Assembly (NCBI GenBank): GCA_964569425.1
Contig: CAZMVD010000004.1
Location: 12,983 to 76,982 of the forward strand
Origin: an uncultured Phycisphaeraceae bacterium
GTDB lineage: Bacteria > Planctomycetota > Phycisphaerae > UBA1845
Reading direction: 5' to 3'
DNA: 64,000 nt
Shown here: positions 8,617 through 17,223 of the stretch, in pieces
Position numbering within the stretch: the stretch's first letter is position 1
Layout of the letters: every line of letters starts with the position of its first letter
The notes under the pieces: model-generated
Told to the model about the DNA's origin: nothing
Database searches by the model: none
What the model saw: the letters and a program-made list of their open reading frames with translations, nothing else
Made by a program: the position numbers and the translations under genes

Positions 8617-10812
8617 TCACGGTGGTGGCGCGAGCAGGCGGGCGTATTTGGAGTCGAGCGACGCGGCCACGCTGAGGTGTTCGCTTGCCCGGGGATCGCC
8701 ATACTCTGCCAATAACAGCCCAAGATTGAAGCGGGCATCGGCGTTTCGCGGATTGCCGGCGACGGCGCGTTCCAGCAGCGGCCGAGCGCCGGCCAGATCG
8801 CCGGTTCGAAGCAGGACCGATCCCAGGTTGTTGAGCAAGTCGACGTCGTCGGGCATTCCTGTCAACGCGGCGCGATAGGCGGCGATGGCGCCGTCGAGAT
8901 CACCCTGGTGAGCCAACAGCGTGCCCAGATTGTAATTCGCCTTCGGATGGTGAGGATCAAGCTGGACCGCGGCGCGCAGCGAAGCGACTGACTCATCGAA
9001 CAACCCCAACTCGGCTAAAGCACTTCCCAGATCGGCATGGGCCGCGGCGCGGGCGGGGTCCAGGCGGGCGGCGGCGCGCAGGCCGGCGACGGCCGCGGAG
9101 TATTCGCCGCGCCGAGCGCGCAGCGCGGCGAGTCCATGGTGGGCGGTGGCGAAGTAGCGTGCGGCGGTTCCGGGGTCGGCGGGTTCCTCGGCCAGTATGG
9201 CGCGAAACGCGCGTTCGGCGTCGGCGGTTCGGTCGGTTCCGGCCAACACCTGGGCCAGGTAGAGATGGGCTTCCAGATCGCGTGGATGGGCGGCGAGGAT
9301 TCGTGCCGCGAAGTGCTCGACGAGTTCGAAGCGCTGCGCGGCCATGCCGGCGATCAGCGCGCTGCGGTGGACGCGCTCATTGGCAAACAGCCCCCATTGG
9401 TCGGCGATGGTAAGGCGGCTCAATGCCATTCCTGCGATTTCCCGACGCTGCTCCGCATTCGGTTCCTGTTGCAGGGCCCGAGCGGCACGCAGGCCGTTGT
9501 ACTCGTGGTAGCGTACGAACGCACTGTGCATCAGGAGCACCCCCAACAGGGCGGCGAGTGCGGCGAAGGCATAACCCGGTCGGGTCCAGCGGCCCAGCTC
9601 CTTAAGCGGCCAGCGGGCTACGGAGACGGCGGGGCGGCGAAACAGCCGCACGGTCACCACGGCCAGAAACGCAAAGATGGCGCCCAAGGCGAGTGCGAGC
9701 AAGAACGGGATGCGGCTGTAGAGTCCGCGGAAGGAGAGCAGTGTCGCTAGGAAGATGACTCCGATGAGCGTTTCTTCCCACAGGGAATAGTCGTAGGGCA
9801 GTCCGAAGCGGCCGCCGCTGCGCCAGGACTTGAACAGCGCCGGCCGGGCCAAGCCGTAGGAGAGCGCCCCCTGCGGGCAGGCGGCAACGCAGTCGAGGTC
9901 CTTCAGGCAGGCGGAGTTGACCACCATGCCGTGGATGCGAACCTCGTCGTGCACGCGCACGCCGCTGGTGCAGGCCGCGGTGCAGCGCCCGCACTGCTGA
10001 CAGGCGTCTGACACTTTGATGCGCGCCGGCGTGAAGCGGTCGGCAAGGGCGAAGATCGCCCCGTACGGGCACACATAGGTGCAGAAGGAGCGCGACCCCA
10101 GCAGGTACACGATGACGAACCCGCACACCAGGAAGGTGAGGGCGATGATCCACGGGCCGGGCAGGTTGCGCCAGAAGTTGGTGGTGACGAACGACGCCCA
10201 GCCCTCGCGGTCGGTGGAGAAACGAAAGGTGGGGAAGGCGTGGTCGTTCCAGGCGCGGACGATCTGCGGCCAGAGGAACATGTACGCGGCCGTCAGCGGC
10301 GGCACCAGCAACAGCAGGCGCGAGCGGATGGGCTTGGCGCGCAGGCCGACCTTGCGGAGCAGCCAGGCGCACAGATCCTGCAAGACCATGATGTGGCAGG
10401 CCCAGGAGCAGAAGAACCGGCCGAAGATCAGGGTTCCCAGTACCAGGGCGCACATGAACAGGAACCCGGCGGTGATGATGCCGAGTTCGAGCGTGTACAT
10501 CACCTCATTGAGTTCCAGCGGCGCCAGGGTGCTGCCGGTGAGCTTCCAATGGACGATGTGGATGGCGAAGACCAGATAGACCAGTGAAAGCGACAGGGCG
10601 CGCCAGCGGGCGAAGTTTCGACGGCGGACCGGAGCGCGGTCAGGGCCGGCGGGCGTGCCCGACTCGGCGCCGGGCGCGGCACTTGAGTTTTCCCGCTCCG
10701 CGCGGGCTGCCCTTGACGCTGTGCGTAAAGGGGAGCAAGCCCGCGGCTCGGCCGCATCGAGCACCGGCAGGCTCGTGGTGCGCTCGCGTTGGGATCCTCG
10801 GGCGCGCCTCAC
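8617..10812 (-). CDS. NapH/MauN-like integral-membrane polyferredoxin fused to a C-terminal TPR array, 731 aa
   Basis: Multiple TM helices carry the family hallmarks GRFFCSWACH and SFCTYVCPYG (CxxxC-P/H inside the membrane). Next come the ferredoxin motifs CQQCGRCTAAC and C-x5-C-x3-CP (CLKDLDCVAACP). Three more TM helices follow, then ~290 aa of TPR-like repeats (e.g. ANYNLGTLLAHQGDLDGAIAAYRAAL). The GTG start overlaps the upstream stop as GTGA. Confidence 0.75.
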   Translation of the reverse strand: MRRARGSQRERTTSLPVLDAAEPRACSPLRTASRAARAERENSSAAPGAESGTPAGPDRAPVRRRNFARWRALSLSLVYLVFAIHIVHWKLTGSTLAPLELNEVMYTLELGIITAGFLFMCALVLGTLIFGRFFCSWACHIMVLQDLCAWLLRKVGLRAKPIRSRLLLLVPPLTAAYMFLWPQIVRAWNDHAFPTFRFSTDREGWASFVTTNFWRNLPGPWIIALTFLVCGFVIVYLLGSRSFCTYVCPYGAIFALADRFTPARIKVSDACQQCGRCTAACTSGVRVHDEVRIHGMVVNSACLKDLDCVAACPQGALSYGLARPALFKSWRSGGRFGLPYDYSLWEETLIGVIFLATLLSFRGLYSRIPFLLALALGAIFAFLAVVTVRLFRRPAVSVARWPLKELGRWTRPGYAFAALAALLGVLLMHSAFVRYHEYNGLRAARALQQEPNAEQRREIAGMALSRLTIADQWGLFANERVHRSALIAGMAAQRFELVEHFAARILAAHPRDLEAHLYLAQVLAGTDRTADAERAFRAILAEEPADPGTAARYFATAHHGLAALRARRGEYSAAVAGLRAAARLDPARAAAHADLGSALAELGLFDESVASLRAAVQLDPHHPKANYNLGTLLAHQGDLDGAIAAYRAALTGMPDDVDLLNNLGSVLLRTGDLAGARPLLERAVAGNPRNADARFNLGLLLAEYGDPRASEHLSVAASLDSKYARLLAPPP

Positions 10813-13013
10813 GGGGGGTTCAATCCCGTCAGGTGGCGAACGGTTTCATACACCGGCTGCCCATCCGGCCCGTAGGGGTCGACGAGGATCAGGCGGTCGA
10901 TAACCGGCGAATCGAGCGACAGCGGGCGGTGACACTGCGTGCAGCCGGCGGCGGGATTCGCCGCGTAGCCCAGCGACTCTTCCTTGGGCAGCACGTTGTG
11001 GTCCATGCCCCAGATGTAGGGGTACCACTCGATGGGAATGCCGGTGCCTTCGGGGTCAAAGGATGCAACCCCACCGGGCGCCGCGGCATCCTCGTACCAC
11101 ACGCGTTTGCCCTTCACCAGGACGGGATTGGCCGCAATCTGCCGGCCGTTGGCGTCGTTGCCCTTGAGCACCTGGAGGTAGGCGTAAATCTCCTCCGGGC
11201 GGTTGATTTCGAGCTTGCCGTCGCCGTTGTCGTCGGTGACCACGGGGAGCGGCGTGCTGCCCACGGCCTGGGCGACGCGCCAGGTGTAGATGGGCGCAAT
11301 GATATCGTCGCTGAGATCTTCGGGCGTGCCCTTCCGGTCCCAGTCGGCGAAGTAGATGGTGTTCCAGATGCTGGCGGGGAACCAGCGCAGCACGCCGTCC
11401 ACGTCGGCCTTCTGAATGAACGACGGGTACCACCGGCTCTTGTCCGGATCATCGGGGTTGAGCGGATCGGCGGAGTAGAAGTCGTAGGACATGCCCACGG
11501 TGCCAGGGATGGTGATATCGCGAAAGACCACGCAGGGCACCAGCGGATAGGGAATATGGCAGAACTGGCAGGAGAGGGTCTCGTACATGTCGGTGTTGTG
11601 AATCAGGGTGCTGCCAGGGACGTCGGGCGCGTCGGGGTGTTTGAGTGGGTTGAGCGAGCCGTCGGCCAGGCGCGGCAGGTGGCAGTTGCGGCAGGTGAGC
11701 TGGTTCTGCCAGTCGAGGTCGTTGCGGTAGTGAATCTGCGGGCTGTTGCCCTTGCCGATGTTGTGGTTGATGTCACCCATGTGGCACACGGTGCACACGC
11801 GGCTCTCGTGCGGGGGGATGTCGTTGGTCGGGTCGGCGTCGTTGAGGCGGTTGAACTTGCGGTAGTGGACGTCGCGGTCGTCGAACCAGGTGGTGCCCGA
11901 GATGGTGCTAAACGGGTGGCAGCCCCAGCAGGCGATATCCTTAGGCGGCCAGGTGACCGAAGAAGGCGAAAGGGCTAGGGCGCCGCCCGCGTCTTCCATC
12001 AGACTGCCGTTGGTCAGACCGACGGCGTAGTCGATCTGGAGCCGCGGGGGCGACGTTCCGGTAGCCAGGTTGGAGAACCAGCCCTGGCCGGCGGTTCCCG
12101 CTGCGGCGAAGGCCGGCACCGAGGCGCCGGTGTCGTCCACGAGGGCCGCGCCCGTGGCCAGGATCGCACGGCGCCAGGTGTGACTCATGTCGGTACCGTT
12201 GACGATGGGGCGGTCGTTGCGGTGGCACAGCAGACAATCCGGGCCGGAGGTTCCGGTGACGTTCCAGGGGGCGAGGGTTACCGTGCCGGTGGCGTAGTTT
12301 TGCACGCTGTAGTCGCCGTCGAGCGCCATCTCCGCGGCGGTTCGGCCAAGTTTTTCGTAGCCGAATTCTCCGGTGTCCGGGTCGTAGTAGCGTTCGCCGT
12401 CGCGATCGAGTTCGCCCGGCCCGCCGCCGGGGTGGCAGCCGCTGCAATCGCGCACCCAGGCAAAGCTGGTCTGGTCGATCTGCGAGGGGTGGGTGTTGTC
12501 TTTGGCCGCGAGCATGAACTGGAACGACTGGCCCCACTTGCCGTAGCGTCCGCCGCTTTTCACCCAGAAGCGACCGTCGCCTTCATAGTCGTCGCGCATG
12601 TCGATGTTGCCGGCGGAATCGGTACGGCCGTCCTGAAACCAGGAGCCGTTGGTGATGGTGTCCACCGGGTGGCAATCGCCGCAGGTGTGCCGTCCGCTGT
12701 AGGGGACGGTGGAGCCGGCAACGATCACGTTGCCCTGGGCGTCCTTGAGGGGCATGGGCAGGTGGCCCAGCGTGCGGACCAGCAGGGCGAGGTCGTGGAG
12801 GTCGATGTCGCCGTCGGCGTCAAGGTCCGCGGCGACAGTGCAGGCGCCGGGGGGCGCGGCGTCGGGTCCGGCCAGGCATGGGTGCCAGAGGGCGAAGTCG
12901 GTGCGGCCGACGTAGCCGTCGCCGTCATAGTCGCCGCTTGTGGTGGCGCGGGTGGAGGGGGTTAGAACCAGACCTGCTGCCAGCGGCAGCCACAACCAAA
13001 TGCGCTTTGACAT
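10809..13013 (-). CDS. Secreted octahaem c-type cytochrome with N-terminal dockerin-like module, 734 aa
   Basis: Signal peptide MSKRIWLWLPLAAGLVLTPSTRA. Eight CxxCH motifs: CGDCH, CSGCH, CLLCH, CWGCH, CTVCH, CRNCH, CQFCH, CTQCH. The N-terminal segment DYDGDGYVGRTDFALW...DLDADGDIDLHDLALLVRTLG is an EF-hand/dockerin-type duplicated Ca-binding motif. AAGGAGAG SD precedes the ATG at 13013. Confidence 0.87.
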   Translation of the reverse strand: MSKRIWLWLPLAAGLVLTPSTRATTSGDYDGDGYVGRTDFALWHPCLAGPDAAPPGACTVAADLDADGDIDLHDLALLVRTLGHLPMPLKDAQGNVIVAGSTVPYSGRHTCGDCHPVDTITNGSWFQDGRTDSAGNIDMRDDYEGDGRFWVKSGGRYGKWGQSFQFMLAAKDNTHPSQIDQTSFAWVRDCSGCHPGGGPGELDRDGERYYDPDTGEFGYEKLGRTAAEMALDGDYSVQNYATGTVTLAPWNVTGTSGPDCLLCHRNDRPIVNGTDMSHTWRRAILATGAALVDDTGASVPAFAAAGTAGQGWFSNLATGTSPPRLQIDYAVGLTNGSLMEDAGGALALSPSSVTWPPKDIACWGCHPFSTISGTTWFDDRDVHYRKFNRLNDADPTNDIPPHESRVCTVCHMGDINHNIGKGNSPQIHYRNDLDWQNQLTCRNCHLPRLADGSLNPLKHPDAPDVPGSTLIHNTDMYETLSCQFCHIPYPLVPCVVFRDITIPGTVGMSYDFYSADPLNPDDPDKSRWYPSFIQKADVDGVLRWFPASIWNTIYFADWDRKGTPEDLSDDIIAPIYTWRVAQAVGSTPLPVVTDDNGDGKLEINRPEEIYAYLQVLKGNDANGRQIAANPVLVKGKRVWYEDAAAPGGVASFDPEGTGIPIEWYPYIWGMDHNVLPKEESLGYAANPAAGCTQCHRPLSLDSPVIDRLILVDPYGPDGQPVYETVRHLTGLNPP

Positions 13014-13101
13014 GTAAGCTCTCCTTGTGAAGGGATCTCTTCCGATCCAGACAAGGGTGCGGTTCCCGTTGGCCCGCGCTGTGGTACGCGACAGCGCTCC
13101 G

Positions 13102-15594
13102 CTACTTCGGCCCGGTGAATTGATTCATCATGTCTCGATAATCAAGCAGGTCGATATCATCATCCTCGTTGAAATCAAACACGATGGAACATTCCTGCGG
13201 GGGTGCGCCGTAGCCGGGGTCGGTGTTGCTACCGCTGAAGCACGTCTGGAGCGTGGCGAGGTCGCGCAGATCCAAAGAACCATTGGCGTCGGCATCTCCC
13301 AGCAAGCATCCCTGGTAGCACGCGGCGGGGACGCAATCGGGCGTGCCACCGTCATCCAGACAATTGTGCAGGGGGTAGTCGGGGAAACAGATGGTCCCGT
13401 CGAACCAGCAACAAAGGCCCAATGCGGGGCATTGGCACTGCACGTCGATGGGCACCAGAGGACAGCGGTCGAAGCAGTCGGGCACGCCGTCGCCGTCGGT
13501 GTCTTCCATCACGTCGCAATCGTCGGGGATGCCGTCGCCGTCGCAGTCCGGCTCGCAGCCGTCGGGCACGCCGTTTTCGTTGCAGTCGGCGCACCACAGC
13601 TCACCGGGGGGGCAGGTGGCGATGTTGCAGTCATCGGGAATGCCGTTGCCGATGCAGTCGGGTTCGCATTCGTCGGGCATGCCGTTGGCATTGCAGTCGA
13701 GGCTGCCGCCGCAGGGAATTTCGCAACCGGAGGCGCCACAATCGATGTCGCACGCGTCCACGATGCCGTTGCCGTTGCAGTCGATGAGCGGCAGTTGCGG
13801 CCCGACGGAGCGGGCGTAGACCTGCGACGGCATGCCCGGCTTGAACAGGCCAATGGTTACGGTGGTGGGCGTGGGCGGCAGATCGGTATCGAACCAGAAG
13901 GCGTACGACGTGCCAAACCGGATCGCGTTGGCGTTGGGGTTCACCTGGTAGGGCGTGGTGGACCAGGTCAACGCGTCGGCCGAAATGCTTGGCGCCCAGT
14001 CGGTGCCGTCGTACACCTCGCCGCTGTGGTATTCGACGTCACGGAAACCGACGTTGGCAATCACCGACGTGGGGGAGACGGGCACGCTGAACCGCCCGGC
14101 TGAGCGGTCGGAGTTCAAATTCTGCAAGGCATAGGAGTATCGCCACACGCCGGCGGTGGGCGAAAAGGCTTTGACGGCGAGAATGAAAAGACCCTCCCCG
14201 GGAATCTGCACGTCGGTTTCCTCGACGCCGGGGTCGACGTCGCGCCAGGCGCGTACTGCCGGTCGTCCGCGCTGGGTGGCGAAGGCGCCGTCGGTCAACA
14301 TTTCGTAGAATCCCTGGGGCGTCTTGATCACCAGCACTTCGCGATAGGACGCATTGTTGTTGTGGGTACCGGCAAGGGCGTCATCAGGGTTGACATAATG
14401 GCCCTGCACAAAATAGCGCGCGCCCTCGTTGAACAGTGGTTCAAGATCGCCGTGACGAATCAGCAGTCTGCGATCAAGTCCGGAGGTAGGCGCCGGATTG
14501 CTCCAACCTGACCACGGATAAGGAAAGTACCCTGTATGGGCGTTCACCGTCGAGTTGGGGCTCATGTTGGTCTGCACCACGTTGAGACTGGCGCTATAGG
14601 GATCGGAGCAGCCCACGCCGAGGGCTTGCCCCCCTTCGACGGGGTCGTTGCACGGACCGCAAAGGTCCTGGGACACGGCGTAGAAACCGTGCTTGACCCA
14701 GCTCAGACCGATCTGCTCGAAGCGATTGTCCTTCAATCGGTAGGCATTCTGCACAATCACCGGATGCTGGTTGGTGATGGCGATCCAGTTGGCGCGCTGC
14801 GTGCCCAGGTTGCAGGCGGTGGTGCCAACGCCGTAAGCACTGATGCCGCCTTCGGTGGCGAATCTTCTGACGCTTTGCAGATCCGCCACGACGACGTCCG
14901 GCCCCACCGAGGCTGCCACATTCTCGCCGCCGGCCAACGCGGAGGGCACCATACAACCGGGCGCGGAAGGTGCTCCGCCCAGGGGAACCAGGTGACCGTC
15001 GAAGGAGAGTGAACCGGCGGTGGCGCCCCGTGGCGAAGCCGACCCGGGTGCATCGGCCCAGTCGCCCGTGATGACCAACTCCGCGGCGAGGCGCAACTCG
15101 CTGCGCTGCGCGTTGCCCTCGAGCAGCAGAGAATCGAGCTCGAACAATTCGATCTTCGGTCCTCCGTCGGCCCGCGCGACAACGAACAGGCCGCCATGGG
15201 AAGCCACTTCAATGGCGAGCTGGTCGAGTACCACGCGGCGCCCAGCCAGGTTCCCGAGAAAAGCGCCGCGAATCGGCAGTACGCCCTCCACCACACGCAG
15301 GGGGGCGCCGGCCTTCACTTCGAACTCCAGGGTGGCGCCGCCTGATACGACAAAGTCAACGTGACCTTCCTCCAGGAGTTGGTCTTCATCCTGGGCGGCG
15401 GCAACGAGTTCGAAGCCGAACTGTTCAAACAACGCGGGAAACCACTCGATGTGCAATTCACCGTCGCAGGCCAGGAAGTGTTCAGCGCTGCGCGATGACA
15501 CGAACGGTTCTTGCATTTGCCCCTGGGCGAGGGCGCCGTTGGCCAATAGCGCAATTGACATCAACAGCCGCGGCTCAGTCCAACGATGCCACAT
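13102..15594 (-). CDS. Secreted protein: ~600-aa unknown N-terminal domain, Cys-rich DCNxNGxPDxC repeat array, C-terminal dockerin-like module, 830 aa
   Basis: ATG at 15594 has an AAGGAG SD. The track ORF opens 18 nt earlier at a TTG. Signal peptide MWHRWTEPRLLMSIALLANGALAQG. The Cys-rich repeats and the C-terminal GDADANGSLDLRDLATLQTCFSG...FNEDDDIDLLDYRDMMNQFTG are readable in the translation. I do not recognise the N-terminal domain (QHPVIVQNAYRLKDNRFEQIGLSWVKHGFYAV...GCSDPY). Confidence 0.72.
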   Translation of the reverse strand: MWHRWTEPRLLMSIALLANGALAQGQMQEPFVSSRSAEHFLACDGELHIEWFPALFEQFGFELVAAAQDEDQLLEEGHVDFVVSGGATLEFEVKAGAPLRVVEGVLPIRGAFLGNLAGRRVVLDQLAIEVASHGGLFVVARADGGPKIELFELDSLLLEGNAQRSELRLAAELVITGDWADAPGSASPRGATAGSLSFDGHLVPLGGAPSAPGCMVPSALAGGENVAASVGPDVVVADLQSVRRFATEGGISAYGVGTTACNLGTQRANWIAITNQHPVIVQNAYRLKDNRFEQIGLSWVKHGFYAVSQDLCGPCNDPVEGGQALGVGCSDPYSASLNVVQTNMSPNSTVNAHTGYFPYPWSGWSNPAPTSGLDRRLLIRHGDLEPLFNEGARYFVQGHYVNPDDALAGTHNNNASYREVLVIKTPQGFYEMLTDGAFATQRGRPAVRAWRDVDPGVEETDVQIPGEGLFILAVKAFSPTAGVWRYSYALQNLNSDRSAGRFSVPVSPTSVIANVGFRDVEYHSGEVYDGTDWAPSISADALTWSTTPYQVNPNANAIRFGTSYAFWFDTDLPPTPTTVTIGLFKPGMPSQVYARSVGPQLPLIDCNGNGIVDACDIDCGASGCEIPCGGSLDCNANGMPDECEPDCIGNGIPDDCNIATCPPGELWCADCNENGVPDGCEPDCDGDGIPDDCDVMEDTDGDGVPDCFDRCPLVPIDVQCQCPALGLCCWFDGTICFPDYPLHNCLDDGGTPDCVPAACYQGCLLGDADANGSLDLRDLATLQTCFSGSNTDPGYGAPPQECSIVFDFNEDDDIDLLDYRDMMNQFTGPK
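13460..13785 (-). repeat. Coding repeat array: about six copies of a short Cys/Asp motif (DCNxNGxPDxCE/D, thrombospondin-type-3-like) inside the 830-aa protein
   Basis: Translation reads IDCNGNGIVDACDID...DCNANGMPDECEPDCIGNGIPDDCNI...DCNENGVPDGCEPDCDGDGIPDDCDV..DTDGDGVPDCFDRC. The underlying GC-rich periodic DNA explains the pile-up of spurious ORFs in all frames at 13350-13850. Confidence 0.65.
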
Positions 15595-16085
15595 GATCAA
15601 CTCCTTGACCAAACGGTCCGCTCCACGGTCGACGACGTTACGGAATCCGCGGGCGGGGAATATTGGTCAAAGGGGGGAACGCAGGACGCGCCCGATTTTA
15701 GCACACCGTTGGAGTGATTTCTCAGCTTCTCGATGATGGTGCGATAAGACGGACGGAAGACCCTGCCTGGTTCCTGTTTCCGAGAACCGGAATGCCACAA
15801 GTGCCGATAAGCGAGACGCCGCACGCGCATACCCCCTCCGGGATTTCACAAGCAAGTTTGATGCCACTGAGTGAGTGACCAAATTGGCCGCTGCTTTGCT
15901 CGTGGAATGCGGTTTCGCGCTCGTATCCCGCGGGAGACCAAGCCATGCTTGATCTATGCAGTGGACGCGAATGTTCGACGAACGAGTGACGCCGGGTGAT
16001 TTCGCGCAGTTGGTGCGCGAAATGCCCCAAAGACGCTGCGAGAGCCACTTCCAGTGCCGAAATGCAATCAGGACTTGAAACGGCG

Positions 16086-17114
16086 TCAAAGTGCTGCGAT
16101 CGATGGCCTCAGGTCTGATTGCGGCTGGTTTGCCGGGTCTTGAATCACGTCTGGATGCGGCTTCGGCGCGATACTATCGGACTGAGCTAAACGGGCCTGA
16201 ATTGCCGCAGGCAATGGTACGCGCACCTGCCACGCGAGGCGCATGGCCACGAGGAGTCGAACCACCAGGTAGCTCAGGTCAAGTTGCCACCACCGGAGCC
16301 CATGCCGCGCCGACGTGGGAAAGGCGTGGTGGTTGTTGTGCCAGCCTTCGCCGAGCGCCAGGACTCCACAAAGGAAATTATTTCGGCTTTCATCGTTACA
16401 GCGGAAAGGGCGACCACCCCAGATATGGCAAATTGAATTAATGCTCCAGGTCACGTGATGGACGAGGAAGATGCGAACCAATCCACCCCATAGGAAGCCA
16501 AGGAGCGCTCCAAGCCAGGTGCCGGTCAGAAGTCCTCCGATGGCGGTGGGGATGAACAAACCGAGCAGGACCCACAGGCCCCACAGGTTACTGACGCAAT
16601 TCACGAGCCGGTCCGAAATCAGGTCGCCGACATATCGGCTCAAACCCGGCTGATGGGGGGCGAACATCCAGCCGACGTGCGCGTGCCACATGCCGACAAA
16701 CACGCCGCGGATGCCCCCGCCAAACCCGTGCGGGGAGTGAGGGTCGTCGGCCTGATCGCTGTGTTGATGGTGCCGCCGATGAACGGCCACCCAACGGATG
16801 AGCGGGCCCTGGACCGACATGGACCCGAGCACGCCGAGCAGAAACTTGACCGGACGGACGGTTTCGAAAGAACGGTGGGTAAAGAGCCGGTGATATCCGA
16901 GGGTGATTCCCAATCCCGTGGCGAGGTACATGGAAACGAGCAAAGACAACTCGACCCAGCCGAGTCCCCGTCCCCAAAGCAGGGCGATACCGGCTATCAG
17001 CCCTATGAATGGACCGAGCACGCCGATCAAGGTGGCGACGCGCTGCGTCCCAGTAGGTTCCAGGTGCGGTGTCTGGTCGACCTTGCCCATAAGCCATCCG
17101 TGCTTTGGAAACAA
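16086..17114 (-). CDS. Membrane acyl-lipid/acyl-CoA desaturase (delta-9 type)
   Basis: Three His boxes have the spacing typical of stearoyl-CoA/DesC-type desaturases: HRLFTH, HRRHHQH, HNNHHAF. It has N-terminal TM helices. The start is uncertain: TTG at 17114 or ATG at 17090 (MGKVDQTP). Confidence 0.88.
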   Translation of the reverse strand: MFPKHGWLMGKVDQTPHLEPTGTQRVATLIGVLGPFIGLIAGIALLWGRGLGWVELSLLVSMYLATGLGITLGYHRLFTHRSFETVRPVKFLLGVLGSMSVQGPLIRWVAVHRRHHQHSDQADDPHSPHGFGGGIRGVFVGMWHAHVGWMFAPHQPGLSRYVGDLISDRLVNCVSNLWGLWVLLGLFIPTAIGGLLTGTWLGALLGFLWGGLVRIFLVHHVTWSINSICHIWGGRPFRCNDESRNNFLCGVLALGEGWHNNHHAFPTSARHGLRWWQLDLSYLVVRLLVAMRLAWQVRVPLPAAIQARLAQSDSIAPKPHPDVIQDPANQPQSDLRPSIAAL

Positions 17115-17223
17115 GAGGCACTGTCGGCCAGGGTTACCGGCGGGTGCGCTCGCTCAAATGTCGGGCGTAAAATGCAACCGGGAGGTCGCGGTTGCGACCT
17201 CCCGGTTGATCCGGTAACCGGTC

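Noticed and set aside
10584-12965. Plus-strand ORFs 10584-11978 (464 aa) and 12180-12965 (261 aa)
   Set aside because: They are antisense to the octahaem cytochrome gene, whose eight CxxCH motifs, signal peptide and SD make it the real gene. The antisense translations are Val/Gly/Ala/Arg-rich with no features.
15698-15720. CIRCE-like string TTAGCACACCGTTGGAGTGATTT
   Set aside because: The half-sites are imperfect (TTAGCAC / GTGATTT) and the spacer is far shorter than the N9 of the HrcA operator. It lies upstream of a secreted-protein gene, not a chaperone gene.
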